Shown here: piece by piece, positions 29,368 to 39,408 of the stretch
How positions within the stretch are numbered: the stretch's first letter is position 1
Layout: each line of letters begins with the position of its first letter
Assembly (NCBI GenBank): GCA_964220215.1
Contig: CAXPTH010000023.1
Coordinates: forward strand, 14,218-78,217
Length of the DNA stretch: 64,000 nt
From: Alteromonas sp.
GTDB lineage: Bacteria > Margulisbacteria > Marinamargulisbacteria > UBA6595
Direction of reading: 5' to 3'
The notes under the pieces: generated by a model
The model's input: the letters and a program-made list of their open reading frames with translations, nothing else
Told to the model about the DNA's origin: nothing
Database searches by the model: none
Program-made: the position numbers and the translations under genes

Positions 29368-30036
29368 TTACTCTTGCTCACTCATTATTACCGGCAATGT
29401 TTCGGATTTCGTATTGGACACTTCACCAGTAAAGACCCACACTTTAACACCAATAATGCCGTAGGTTGTATGCGCTTCACAGGTTGCATACTTGATTTTA
29501 GCTCGAAATGTATGCAATGGCACACGCCCTTCTCGATACCATTCTCGTCGAGCAATTTCAGCCCCAGCCAATCGACCGGAACATTCCACACGGATACCTT
29601 CAGCTCCGGATTTCATCGCACGCTGCACCACCGATTTCATGGCACGTCGAAAGTGAAACCGCTTTTCCAACTGAGCGGCTAATGTTTCAGCGATTAATTG
29701 AGCACTAGTTTCAATGCTTTTTTCTTCTTTAATATTAATGTTAACATCGCATTGCAATTTATCTCGAAGATCTTGACGCAAAATTGCAATGTCCCCGCCA
29801 CCTTTACCAATAATTAAACCGGGACGAGAGGCATAAACCTCAATATTAACATGACCCGACTTGCGTAAAATTCGAACAGAGGAAATCCCGGCCCCTTTCA
29901 ATTTTTGTTTAATATGCCGTCGAATTTCTAAATCCTGAATTAAATAGTTTGCATACTGATCTTTTGCAAACCATACACTACTGGATTCCTCAACAATACC
30001 CAATCGAAGGGCTGTTGGATTTGATTTTTGGCCCAT
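29368..30036 (-). CDS. rpsC: 30S ribosomal protein S3
   Basis: [38 protein letters not shown]. Confidence 0.98.
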   Translation of the reverse strand: MGQKSNPTALRLGIVEESSSVWFAKDQYANYLIQDLEIRRHIKQKLKGAGISSVRILRKSGHVNIEVYASRPGLIIGKGGGDIAILRQDLRDKLQCDVNINIKEEKSIETSAQLIAETLAAQLEKRFHFRRAMKSVVQRAMKSGAEGIRVECSGRLAGAEIARREWYREGRVPLHTFRAKIKYATCEAHTTYGIIGVKVWVFTGEVSNTKSETLPVIMSEQE

Positions 30037-30401
30037 TACACTTCACCTCCTGGAACGACAACACGCACATCAATGTGAGACGATCGCTTTAAAATTTGAC
30101 ACATCCGCCCCTTTGCCCGCGGCCGATACCGCTTCATCACTGGCGCTTCATTCACCATAATAACAGCCACTTGCGCAGCCGAAGAATCAACACTGTCTGA
30201 CACCTGTGTAACATTGGCATACGCTGAACGAATCACTTTTGCCAATAAAAATGCGCCTTTGTGGGGCAAGTTGTCTAAAATACCCAATGCAACATGCACC
30301 GACTTGCCTCGCACCAAATTGGCAATGCGACGCACTTTAAATGGAGACACGCGAACATACTTAGCGATGGCGCGTTTTTGAATACCGCTTTCAACTGTCA
30401 T
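30036..30401 (-). CDS. rplV: 50S ribosomal protein L22
   Basis: RVSPFKVRRIANLVRG, RPRAKGR, KRSSHI. Confidence 0.97.
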   Translation of the reverse strand: MTVESGIQKRAIAKYVRVSPFKVRRIANLVRGKSVHVALGILDNLPHKGAFLLAKVIRSAYANVTQVSDSVDSSAAQVAVIMVNEAPVMKRYRPRAKGRMCQILKRSSHIDVRVVVPGGEV

Positions 30402-30664
30402 TATTTCTGCCCCGCATGTGCTTTAAATGTTCGCGTAAACGCAAACTCGCCCAACTTACAACCCACTTTGTCTTCGGATATATGGACCGGGATATGCTTT
30501 TTGCCATTATGAACACCAATGGTCAATCCAACCATTTCTGGAATTACCATAGAACCCCGAGACCACGTAACAATAATGCTTGAATTCCCAGATTCTTTTG
30601 CCGCTAAAACTTTCTTTAACAATGACGCCTCAACAAAGGGGCCTTTTTTTAATGACCTAGCCAT
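30401..30664 (-). CDS. rpsS: 30S ribosomal protein S19
   Basis: [26 protein letters not shown]. Confidence 0.98.
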   Translation of the reverse strand: MARSLKKGPFVEASLLKKVLAAKESGNSSIIVTWSRGSMVIPEMVGLTIGVHNGKKHIPVHISEDKVGCKLGEFAFTRTFKAHAGQK

Positions 30665-30680
30665 ACCTTCCTACTCCTAC

Positions 30681-31499
30681 CTATTTTCTCACTCTAACAA
30701 TTAGCGCATTGGACTGCTTATTCTTTTTTCGCGTCTTCTTAAACACAGACTTGCCCCACTTTGTTCGGGGTCCAGCAGCACCCACTGGGGCCTTGCCTTC
30801 TCCACCACCATGGGGGTGATCACACGCATTCATTGCAGCACCCCGGACAACCGGACGACGACCACGCCAACGATTCGCGCCTGCTTTTCCAATTTTTTTG
30901 TTTCGATTATCTGAATTGCCAACCTGACCAATAACCGCATAACAATTCACATGAACTTTACGCACTTCACCCGATGGCAATTTAATCATGGCGTAATTTC
31001 CATACTTCGACAACAAGGTCGCAGAAGCCCCCGCAGAACGCACCAACTTAGCACCACCACCAATGTTGATTTCAACATTGTGAATATCCGCACCGGTTGG
31101 AATCATGTGCAGTGGCAATGCATTACCCGGACGAACCTCTGCTTTTTCACCGGATACGATCACATCACCAACTTTGGATTTGCTTGGCGCTAAAATGTAG
31201 CCTTTGGCTCCGTTTTCATAAACAACAAGGGCTATGGCAGCCGTCCGGTTTGGATCATACTCAAACCGAACAATGCGCCCTGGAACTGTTGGGAATTTTG
31301 AAAATGTAATCTGACGATACTGACGCCGAGAACCGCCGCCACGATGCCGAACGGTAATTCTACCGGTATTGTTTCGACCGGACTTCTTTTTTAACGGCTT
31401 AAGCAAAGAGGCCTCTGCTGGACCCCGATACCCGTCATGAACTAGAACTTCTCGCTGACGAAGACCGTTGGATGTTGATTTATATTTTTTTGTTGCCAT
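30681..31499 (-). CDS. rplB: 50S ribosomal protein L2
   Basis: GRNNTGRITVRHRGGG, EYDPNR, DHPHGGGEG. Confidence 0.98.
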   Translation of the reverse strand: MATKKYKSTSNGLRQREVLVHDGYRGPAEASLLKPLKKKSGRNNTGRITVRHRGGGSRRQYRQITFSKFPTVPGRIVRFEYDPNRTAAIALVVYENGAKGYILAPSKSKVGDVIVSGEKAEVRPGNALPLHMIPTGADIHNVEINIGGGAKLVRSAGASATLLSKYGNYAMIKLPSGEVRKVHVNCYAVIGQVGNSDNRNKKIGKAGANRWRGRRPVVRGAAMNACDHPHGGGEGKAPVGAAGPRTKWGKSVFKKTRKKNKQSNALIVRVRK

Positions 31500-31513
31500 G
31501 ATTTATACCCTAC

Positions 31514-31798
31514 CTACACCAATGCCTTTAACTTCTCAAAACTGGCTGAATCACGAACAGTCACCACTATTTTTTGACGCTCTTTGGTAAACCCAACTAC
31601 ACGTCCGCGCCGTCGCTGCTTGGACTCTTTAACCAATGTATGCACAGCATCAACACGAACATCATGCACTTCAGAAAAATATTGCTTCCATTGAATTTTA
31701 TTCAACTTAGACCCCAAATTTAAAAATACAATTTTATTTTGAGATACCAAATCATTGGTTTTTTCGGATAAATAAGGTTTTAATCGAACATCAAACAC
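31514..31798 (-). CDS. rplW: 50S ribosomal protein L23 (divergent)
   Basis: KPYLSEKT, NKIQ, VRVDAVHTL; position between rplD and rplB. Confidence 0.9.
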   Translation of the reverse strand: MFDVRLKPYLSEKTNDLVSQNKIVFLNLGSKLNKIQWKQYFSEVHDVRVDAVHTLVKESKQRRRGRVVGFTKERQKIVVTVRDSASFEKLKALV

Positions 31799-32399
31799 AG
31801 TACAACTCCTGAAATTTTGCTAACTGATCACGAAACACAACAATTGAGTCCGCACGCAAGACGGATTCAATTGCAATATCCGCAAGCAAACAAACATCAA
31901 CATTGGCATAGTTAAAAAACGATAACGGACGATCCAAACTATCGACAAGAAATAAAAACCGATTATCACCACCAAACAGCCCACGCCACTCTTTGGCTTT
32001 CATCGATTCTGGCGATGGCGCATCCAACACAACCAACTTGTCTGAATTTAGAGCTAAAGCTGAAACAATCCCCAACTTCGCAATTTTTTTAGGTAAATCC
32101 GTACTCAGATCCCGGGTGACGCGACCAAACGCCTTTCCGCCGCCGACCATCAACGGGGATCGAGATCCCCCTTTTCGAGCACGCCCGGTTCCTTTTTGGC
32201 GATACATTTTTTTACCGCCACCACGAACATCTTTACGACTTTTAAATGTGCCAGTTCCACTGCGCTCTCGCTTGCGCTGATGCTGATACATTAAATAGAC
32301 CAAATGCTCATTGGCATGGTGGTCGCTCAATGGAAAGGAAACAGATTCCTGACCAACCGAATCCCCAGAAAAATTCAAAACATTAATTGAAACACTCAT
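31791..32399 (-). CDS. rplD: 50S ribosomal protein L4
   Basis: VRGGGKKMYRQKGTGRAR, SPLMVGGGKAFG. Confidence 0.96.
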   Translation of the reverse strand: MSVSINVLNFSGDSVGQESVSFPLSDHHANEHLVYLMYQHQRKRERSGTGTFKSRKDVRGGGKKMYRQKGTGRARKGGSRSPLMVGGGKAFGRVTRDLSTDLPKKIAKLGIVSALALNSDKLVVLDAPSPESMKAKEWRGLFGGDNRFLFLVDSLDRPLSFFNYANVDVCLLADIAIESVLRADSIVVFRDQLAKFQELYCV

Positions 32400-33040
32400 G
32401 ATCCAACTCCAACTACCACGACGCCGCCTTCAGCACCGGGAACCCCGCCCGCTACAAACAACAAGCCCTTTTCTTCATCCACACGAACAACTCGGAGCCC
32501 TTGGACGGTCACCATCGTATTGCCATACTGACCCGCCATTTTTTTTCCTTTCAAAACTCGACCTGGGGTTGTTCCACCACCAATCGATCCCGTAATTCGA
32601 TGGCTTTTTGAACCATGGGATTCTGGACCACGTCGAAAATTCCAGCGTCGAATCGTTCCTGAAAAACCACGACCTTTTGATTTACTTCGAACAAATACCC
32701 GATCATCGGACTCAAATTGCGTGAGGGACAGCGACTCGCCAACTGTCAACGCTGTGTCCGAGGACTGATCCAACAAGAATTCCGCCAACCACTTATAGAC
32801 ATCGAGCGATTTCTTTTTAAACTGACCCATATGCGCTTTGGTGCATCGCGACAAGCGCGGGGTCCCATATCCCAACAAAATCCGCTTCGGCTCGTTCTCT
32901 TTCGCCTCCGAAGCATCCACCACAACCGATGGAAGGGCTTTCAATGCTGTCACAGAAATGACATCACCACTGTCTTCCATAATAAGCTGGGTCATCCCTA
33001 CCTTTTCAAATATTCCTAATTTTTTTAGTATTTTTTTCAT
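32396..33040 (-). CDS. rplC: 50S ribosomal protein L3
   Basis: KVGMTQ, SKGRGFSGTIRRW, HGSKSHR, PGRVLKGKKMAG, GGVPG. Confidence 0.97.
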   Translation of the reverse strand: MKKILKKLGIFEKVGMTQLIMEDSGDVISVTALKALPSVVVDASEAKENEPKRILLGYGTPRLSRCTKAHMGQFKKKSLDVYKWLAEFLLDQSSDTALTVGESLSLTQFESDDRVFVRSKSKGRGFSGTIRRWNFRRGPESHGSKSHRITGSIGGGTTPGRVLKGKKMAGQYGNTMVTVQGLRVVRVDEEKGLLFVAGGVPGAEGGVVVVGVGS

Positions 33041-33086
33041 TAATTATCTCAACTTAAACTCTCTACTTATAAAAACTTTAAAATCA

Positions 33087-33146
33087 TCAAGTCATTGCCA
33101 TTGCACTGGGCAACTTAATTTTGACTTGAAATGCTAAAAATCAAGT
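33087..33146 (-). promoter_or_regulatory. Structured 5' leader of the rplC operon (putative regulatory RNA)
   Basis: Nested stem TCAAGTCA(33087-33094)/TGACTTGA(33122-33129) around TTGCC/GGCAA, plus a third TCAAGT copy at 33141-33146 that allows alternative pairing. Confidence 0.45.
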
Positions 33147-33152
33147 TTGTTA

Positions 33153-33181
33153 ATAGTAGCGCACATTTAAAGAGATTGCAA
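33153..33181 (-). promoter_or_regulatory. sigma70 promoter of the rplC operon
   Basis: Minus strand TTGCAA(33181-33176)-17-TACTAT(33158-33153). Confidence 0.7.
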
Positions 33182-33194
33182 GCCCCAAAAAATT

Positions 33195-33223
33195 TTGGCG
33201 AACAAAATTCTGTATGGTATAAC
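33195..33223 (+). promoter_or_regulatory. Putative bioA promoter
   Basis: TTGGCG-17-TATAAC with a TG extended -10. Confidence 0.5.
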
Positions 33224-33265
33224 TATGAAATAATTATTAATAAAATAACCAAAGAAATCTAAAAA

Positions 33266-34597
33266 ATGACAAAATTAAAATCAAACTCAACGCTTATTGA
33301 AAAAGATCTCGCTTACAACTGGCACCCATTTACTCAAATGAAACATCACGAAACCCATCCACCTATACCCATTAAAGGGACGGACGGCTGTTACTTGATT
33401 GATATGGACAATAATCGTTACTTGGATACCATTTCAAGCTGGTGGTGCACCATCCATGGACACAATCATCCGGCTATTGTTCATGCGCTATCCACACAAG
33501 CAAAAACAATGTGCCATACCCTGTATGCCGGCACGACCCATCAACCCGTTGCAGACCTCTCTGAAAAACTCGTTGCCATCACACCCAAGGGGTTGGATCG
33601 CGTATTTTATACAGACAATGGATCAACAGCCATCGAAATGGCCTTGAAATGCTCAGTGGCTTATTTTAAACGAAAAGGATACAGTCAAAAAACCCGATTT
33701 GTATCTTTAGAGCATGGGTACCATGGCGATACCTTGGGCTGCATGAGTGTTAGCCATGTCTCTGAGTTCAATCAAGAATTTAGCGCCTTGGCCACGCCTG
33801 CCATTAAAATTCCAGTCCCCATTGAATTCAACAAGCCAGACCAACTGAATATGAATGGCTTTATTACCTATTGCGCCAACGTGTTTTCTGGATTCTTAAA
33901 ATCCAATAACAATGAAGTGGCCGCATTGGTTGTTGAACCCCTGCTGCAAGCTGCCGGCGGATTTCGCATGTATCCGCCACAGTTTTTAGATATGTTGGGC
34001 AACCTCTGCGCCAATTACAACGTGCATTTAATTGTAGATGAAGTGGCAACCGGATTTGGACGCACTGGCCGGTACTTTGCCGTTGACCATGTCCCCAACT
34101 TAAACCCGGATTTCTTGTGTTTATCCAAAGGCCTAACCTCCGGCACCCTCCCTCTGGCCGCCACATTAACAACCCAAAAAATATACGACGCCTTTTATGA
34201 TGACTCAAAATCAAACATGTTTGCTCACGGACATACCTACTGCGCCAATCCCTTAGGCTGTGCTGTGGCATTGGCTACATTGTCTTTGTTTGAAACCGAT
34301 CGCACGCTGGACCATGTTGCGAAACTCAGCGCAATGCTGGATAGCAAACACGCCCAATTTAATGCCATTCAGGGGGTCCTGAATACTCGGCAATTGGGCA
34401 GCATTTTTGCAATGACCATTCCGAGCCTACCCAACATTCATACTGAATTGTGTACCCGCGGTCGCTCAGCCGGATTTTGGCTACGCCCACTGGGGGACAC
34501 ATTGTACTTTATGCCCCCCCTGAGCATCCCGGTTAAAACCTATGAACATTTGGTCGATACCGTAGCTGAAATTTTGACGGACATTCTTCCTGCGTGA
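33266..34597 (+). CDS. bioA: Adenosylmethionine--8-amino-7-oxononanoate transaminase
   Basis: WHPFTQM, SSWW, DNGSTAIEMALK, YHGDT, DEVATGFGRTG, SKGLTSG, HGHTYCANP. Confidence 0.95.
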   Translation: MTKLKSNSTLIEKDLAYNWHPFTQMKHHETHPPIPIKGTDGCYLIDMDNNRYLDTISSWWCTIHGHNHPAIVHALSTQAKTMCHTLYAGTTHQPVADLSEKLVAITPKGLDRVFYTDNGSTAIEMALKCSVAYFKRKGYSQKTRFVSLEHGYHGDTLGCMSVSHVSEFNQEFSALATPAIKIPVPIEFNKPDQLNMNGFITYCANVFSGFLKSNNNEVAALVVEPLLQAAGGFRMYPPQFLDMLGNLCANYNVHLIVDEVATGFGRTGRYFAVDHVPNLNPDFLCLSKGLTSGTLPLAATLTTQKIYDAFYDDSKSNMFAHGHTYCANPLGCAVALATLSLFETDRTLDHVAKLSAMLDSKHAQFNAIQGVLNTRQLGSIFAMTIPSLPNIHTELCTRGRSAGFWLRPLGDTLYFMPPLSIPVKTYEHLVDTVAEILTDILPA

Positions 34598-34615
34598 TAC
34601 AGTTCTGAAAGATCA

Positions 34616-34834
34616 ATGATTATTGTATTACTTATTATTCAAGTGTTATCCGGCCTACTCCTGATTACAGGTGTTTTGCTCCATCAGCCCAGTGGAGAAG
34701 GCCTTGGGGGCATGACTGGCCAATCGCGTGTATTTAATCATAGAAGCGGTCTTGAAAAGGGACTGAACCAATTCACAGCCACGGTGGCGGGTGTTTTTAT
34801 GATTAGTTCGATTTTATTGGCCGTCATTCAATAG
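34616..34834 (+). CDS. secG: Preprotein translocase subunit SecG
   Basis: 72 aa with two TM helices and a VLLHQPSGEGLGG linker. Confidence 0.9.
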   Translation: MIIVLLIIQVLSGLLLITGVLLHQPSGEGLGGMTGQSRVFNHRSGLEKGLNQFTATVAGVFMISSILLAVIQ

Positions 34835-36328
34835 TTGATGCGAATCACTCGCATTGGCTGGATTCGTACCATCCTGATTTGGGCCTTTGCCTTTACCTGC
34901 GCCTCGGGATCTGTGACCATTAATCAAGTCCTACTTGTCGGCAATTCGGCGATTCCCTCTGCAGATATTTACACAGTCATCCAAACAAAACCCAATCAGG
35001 CACTCAATTTAAAAACCATGCGCAATGATGTATCCAGCATTCGGGAATTATACGCGCGCAGCGGGCTGTCTTATGCCCGCATTTATGATATTCGTTATCC
35101 AAAAACCGGAACCGGTCCTTTAGAATTTTATATTTCAGAGGGAATTGTTGACGCAATCACAATTACTGGAAACACCCGAACCAAAGACCATGTCATTTTA
35201 AGGGAAATGTACTTAAAGCCCGGCATGACCTTAAATGAAAACCAATTAAAAACTGATTTGCGACGGATTTATAATTTAAATTTGTTTTCAGAACTCAACC
35301 CCGATATCAAGCCTGCTGACCAGATCGGTCATTATACCGTTAATTTAAACTTAACCGAATCCCCACCAAGCTCCTTTAACTTGGGGGGTGGATACTCTGA
35401 ACAATCCGGCTTTTTTATGTTTTCAGATCTCAAAACCGAAAACTTTATGGGCAATGGCCAACAGGTGTCCATGAAAGGCCAGTTCGGTAATGAAATTACC
35501 AACTACGAACTTCGTTTTCGAGAGCCTTGGATGTGGGACCCACGCCGATCCTTTAGCTATGGGGTGTGGCATCGAACCGGTCGCCTAGACGTCTTTTCCA
35601 CCAGCACAACCCGATCGTTTAATAGCAATCAAGTGAGTACCGGTATGGACATGGGATTTGGCATCCCGATTAATTACGAAACCATGCTCCACCATACGGT
35701 TAAGTACGAAGTTGTCCAACGTAAAAATGATCCAACCAATGACTATATCATTCAAAGCTATGCCCTTCAGTTATCCCACGACACCCGCGATGTTTGGTTT
35801 GCCCCACGATCCGGACACTATGCGTCTATTCGGACTGAAAAAGCCTTTGAAACACGGGATAAAACATTGAATTTTGAAAAATACGATCTATCGCTAAAAC
35901 AGTTTTTTCCAACATTTACAAAGCAAGCCATCGGTATTCGGTTAGACCTGGGCTACCTAGAAGGAAAAGATCAAGCGCGCAGCAGCTCCTTATTTGGTTA
36001 TATTGTAGGTAGTCAAAGCACCGTTCGTGGCTACCAAAATTACTTTTCATTTGGATCGAGACGCCTATTAACCAGCCTGGAGTATCGGTGGATGCTCAAC
36101 TACTTTGTACAACTCAACGTATTTGTTGATGCCGGTGCCGCCGATACCGTCGTGGATGAACAGGGGCGCATTATCGGCACACAATCCATTTATGACATTG
36201 AGCAATGGCGATACGGAAAAGGGTTTGGCATTAATATCCGATCCCCTATTGGGCCATTAAAATTTGACTTTGCAAACAATGATCAAAATATTTGGATCAT
36301 CCAATTCAATTTTGGGCAGTCCTTTTAA
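34835..36328 (+). CDS. Omp85/BamA-family outer membrane protein (two POTRA domains)
   Basis: Signal peptide, GNTRTKDHVILRE, ENFMGNGQ, FREPW, VRGY, SPIGPLKFDFA, terminal FNFGQSF. Confidence 0.9.
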   Translation: MMRITRIGWIRTILIWAFAFTCASGSVTINQVLLVGNSAIPSADIYTVIQTKPNQALNLKTMRNDVSSIRELYARSGLSYARIYDIRYPKTGTGPLEFYISEGIVDAITITGNTRTKDHVILREMYLKPGMTLNENQLKTDLRRIYNLNLFSELNPDIKPADQIGHYTVNLNLTESPPSSFNLGGGYSEQSGFFMFSDLKTENFMGNGQQVSMKGQFGNEITNYELRFREPWMWDPRRSFSYGVWHRTGRLDVFSTSTTRSFNSNQVSTGMDMGFGIPINYETMLHHTVKYEVVQRKNDPTNDYIIQSYALQLSHDTRDVWFAPRSGHYASIRTEKAFETRDKTLNFEKYDLSLKQFFPTFTKQAIGIRLDLGYLEGKDQARSSSLFGYIVGSQSTVRGYQNYFSFGSRRLLTSLEYRWMLNYFVQLNVFVDAGAADTVVDEQGRIIGTQSIYDIEQWRYGKGFGINIRSPIGPLKFDFANNDQNIWIIQFNFGQSF

Positions 36329-36376
36329 ATTTGGCGTACCCAGGCATACTTAAAACTGGTATACTAAGAACTACTT

Positions 36377-38233
36377 ATGGGACAGTTAGACCGCATCCAC
36401 TCTGTTAGCGATTTACGCACATTATCGCAATCTGATTTGCAAACTCTAGTCAGCGAACTTCAAGAATTTTTAGTCGCCTTGGGTGAACAGTGCGGGGGTC
36501 ATCTGGCCTCAAACTTGGGGGTTATTGAGCTGACCCTTGCCTTGCATTTGGTCTTTGATACCCCGCAAGACAAATTGGTGTGGGATGTATCGCATCAATG
36601 CTACATTCATAAATTGCTCACCGGCCGTCGTCACGATTTGTTTAGCATTCGACAATACAACGGCTTATCGGGCTTTGCCAAAATGGCTGAAAGTCCCCAC
36701 GATAGCTTCGGCGCTGGCCATGCCGGCACCGCACTGTCTGCCGCTTTGGGGATGGCCCATGCTCGGGACCTCGCTGAAGACGACCACGCCGTGATTAGTA
36801 TCATGGGCGATGGCACACTGTCCAACGGCATGGTCTTTGAAGCCCTCAATAACATCGGAAATTTAAATACTAATTTTATTTGCATACTCAATGACAATGA
36901 TATGTCGATTTCAAAACCAACGGGTAGTTTAGCCACCTACATGACCCAACTCAGAACCTCAAAAGCCTATGATTTAATTTGGAAAAAAACGGATCAGCTG
37001 TTATCCAAAATGCCCACCATTAGCCAGCCCTTGACGCAACGCATTGAAAAAGCACTCAGCCACTTTCGGGACTTGGTCTTAAATGTCAAAGTGGATGTGC
37101 TATTCGAAGAATTTGGATTCAAATACCTTGGGCCCTTGGACGGGCATGACCTGCCCACATTGGTGACAACCTTGCAATATGCCAAAACATACCCGGGGCC
37201 CATTATGATTCACATTGTTACGAAAAAAGGCAACGGTTATGCCAAGGCTGAAGCGGATCCCTTGCGCTACCATGGCGTATCCCCCAAAAAGAAGGCCAGC
37301 GCACCCCCACAAAAAACGTACAGTCAATTATTGGGAGACACCCTCATTGACATTGCCAAGCAAACCCCTGAGCTTGTGGTGGTCACACCCGCCATGGCTG
37401 TTGGCAGTGGCTTGGTGAGCTATAGCGAACAATTTCCCAAACAATTCATTGATGTGGGCATTGCGGAAGAACATGCCGTCACGTATTGCGCCGGAATTGC
37501 AAGCAATGGCGGCATCCCGGTCTTAGCCATTTATTCCACGTTCCTACAACGGGGCTATGATCAATTAATTCACGATGTTTGCTTGCAACAGTTGCCGGTT
37601 ATTTTTGCCATTGATCGCGCTGGGTTGGTCGGCGAAGACGGGCCGACCCATCATGGGGTGTTTGATTACGCGTTCATGCTCTCTATTCCCAATTTGGTCA
37701 TCTTAGCCCCTAAAGACGGCACCGAATTGGCTGCCATGCTTTGGTGGGCCACCCAACAACGCGACACCGCTGTGGCCATTCGGTATCCCAAAGGCGTTGC
37801 CCCGAGCCTACCCGTATCCCCACGCCCATTTGCTCACCCATCGGCTGAAGTGTTGCTCGACACGGAATCGCCATCGATTGTTTTGATTGCGATTGGCAGC
37901 TTAGTCCCCACAGCCTATGCCATTGGCACGGCATTATCGGATCAAGGGCATCGAATCGCCGTGATTAATTTGCGATCGGCCAAGCCGTTGGACACCGATT
38001 GCTTAACCCCCTACATGGATGCCGCCGACCATGTGTTTGTGCTCGAAGAAGGCACTGAAATTGGCGGGGTTGGCAGCTACATTCGCCAGCAGTATTACAC
38101 ACGCACGGCCATGATTCATACAATTGGCATTCCCGATCGATTTATTGATCATGGGAAAAATAGCGAATTGCATGCAGACGTTGGTTTATCTGAATCGGCG
38201 ATTCACGACCGAATTGTATCGGTACTAGCATGA
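36377..38233 (+). CDS. dxs: 1-deoxy-D-xylulose-5-phosphate synthase
   Basis: GGHLASNLGVIELT, WDVSHQCYIHK, LNDNDMSIS, DVGIAEEHAV, YSTFLQR, GEDGPTHHG. Confidence 0.97.
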   Translation: MGQLDRIHSVSDLRTLSQSDLQTLVSELQEFLVALGEQCGGHLASNLGVIELTLALHLVFDTPQDKLVWDVSHQCYIHKLLTGRRHDLFSIRQYNGLSGFAKMAESPHDSFGAGHAGTALSAALGMAHARDLAEDDHAVISIMGDGTLSNGMVFEALNNIGNLNTNFICILNDNDMSISKPTGSLATYMTQLRTSKAYDLIWKKTDQLLSKMPTISQPLTQRIEKALSHFRDLVLNVKVDVLFEEFGFKYLGPLDGHDLPTLVTTLQYAKTYPGPIMIHIVTKKGNGYAKAEADPLRYHGVSPKKKASAPPQKTYSQLLGDTLIDIAKQTPELVVVTPAMAVGSGLVSYSEQFPKQFIDVGIAEEHAVTYCAGIASNGGIPVLAIYSTFLQRGYDQLIHDVCLQQLPVIFAIDRAGLVGEDGPTHHGVFDYAFMLSIPNLVILAPKDGTELAAMLWWATQQRDTAVAIRYPKGVAPSLPVSPRPFAHPSAEVLLDTESPSIVLIAIGSLVPTAYAIGTALSDQGHRIAVINLRSAKPLDTDCLTPYMDAADHVFVLEEGTEIGGVGSYIRQQYYTRTAMIHTIGIPDRFIDHGKNSELHADVGLSESAIHDRIVSVLA

Positions 38234-38958
38234 GAAAAACACAACTGAGCGTTAATATTAATAAAATTGCACTCCTAAGAAATTCCCGTGGCGATAATCG
38301 CCCCAATTTGCTGTATACCAGCACCTTTATTTTATCGATTCCAGGGGTCGCTGGCCTCACCGTACACCCACGCCCAGATGAACGCCATATTCACTACCAA
38401 GACGTGCGTGAATTGAGCCATCTAATTCGGGATCACTATCCCGATCATGAACTCAATGTTGAGGGGTATCCATCGGATACGTTTTTAGAACTGATTGCAG
38501 ACACCCGCCCCCACCAAGTCACGCTTGTCCCGGACCCACCCGACGCCTTGACGTCCTCGTTTGGCTGGGATTTGGTCAAGGATTATGACTACTTAGCCCC
38601 CATCATTAAGACGATTCAAGCCTACGCACGGTGCTCGCTGTTTTTAGACCCCAACGCCGATATAACCCCCTTACCGGATCTAAACCCGGATCGTGTTGAA
38701 TTGTATACCTATGACTATGCGCATGGGTATCCCGCTAACCGAGAAACCGCCATTGCTCCCTATGCAGACATCGCCCGCCGCATTAATGCGCTGGGCATTG
38801 GGCTAAACGCCGGGCATGATTTAAATCAAACCAACTTGCCATTTTTTTTAAACACGATTCCAACCGTATTGGAAGTCTCTATTGGGCATGCCTTACTATG
38901 CGATGCCTTGGATGCCGGTTTGGAACAAACCATTCGGGCGTATGTTCCGGGGACTTAG
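38230..38958 (+). CDS. pdxJ: Pyridoxine 5'-phosphate synthase
   Basis: LSVNINKIALLRNSRG, TVHPRPDERHI, NVEG, QVTLVPD, NAGHDL, EVSIGHA. Confidence 0.95.
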   Translation: MRKTQLSVNINKIALLRNSRGDNRPNLLYTSTFILSIPGVAGLTVHPRPDERHIHYQDVRELSHLIRDHYPDHELNVEGYPSDTFLELIADTRPHQVTLVPDPPDALTSSFGWDLVKDYDYLAPIIKTIQAYARCSLFLDPNADITPLPDLNPDRVELYTYDYAHGYPANRETAIAPYADIARRINALGIGLNAGHDLNQTNLPFFLNTIPTVLEVSIGHALLCDALDAGLEQTIRAYVPGT

Positions 38959-39400
38959 TTGGCTTAAATACCCCTTTCGATTTTGCCTGCGCATCATCCG
39001 CGATGTTGACGGGGTCTTTAGTTGGCTAACCGACACCGCATGCCGGATATGCTTTAAGCCTCAGTATACCCTTGCGGGGCACTGCAAAAAACGGGGAGTC
39101 TGTTGCCATAACATTGGCATTTGGATGCGACCCGAATTGGCACAGTCCCGCTGGTTTCTTCGATGGATCACGTGGTGGTATACCTTTGTATACAACTTCA
39201 CAAGCAAGGGCATGGACGACTCGGGCACACTGATGCTGTTTCGCTGCAATTATTTAAAAAATAACCAATGCAGCATTCATTGGCGACGGCCGTTCATCTG
39301 CCGGCAATACCCCATTCGCTACTACTTTAAAAAACCCGTGATGCTACCCGGCTGCGGCTATCGCATTGTTGAATCCGAATCGAAGCAATCAAAGCTCTAA
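38942..39400 (+). CDS. YkgJ/CxxCxxCC-family cysteine-cluster protein
   Basis: CKKRGVCC...CNYL...CSIHWRRPFICRQYP...PGCGY. Start approximate. Confidence 0.75.
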   Translation: MFRGLSWLKYPFRFCLRIIRDVDGVFSWLTDTACRICFKPQYTLAGHCKKRGVCCHNIGIWMRPELAQSRWFLRWITWWYTFVYNFTSKGMDDSGTLMLFRCNYLKNNQCSIHWRRPFICRQYPIRYYFKKPVMLPGCGYRIVESESKQSKL

Positions 39401-39408
39401 TGCAGTGA

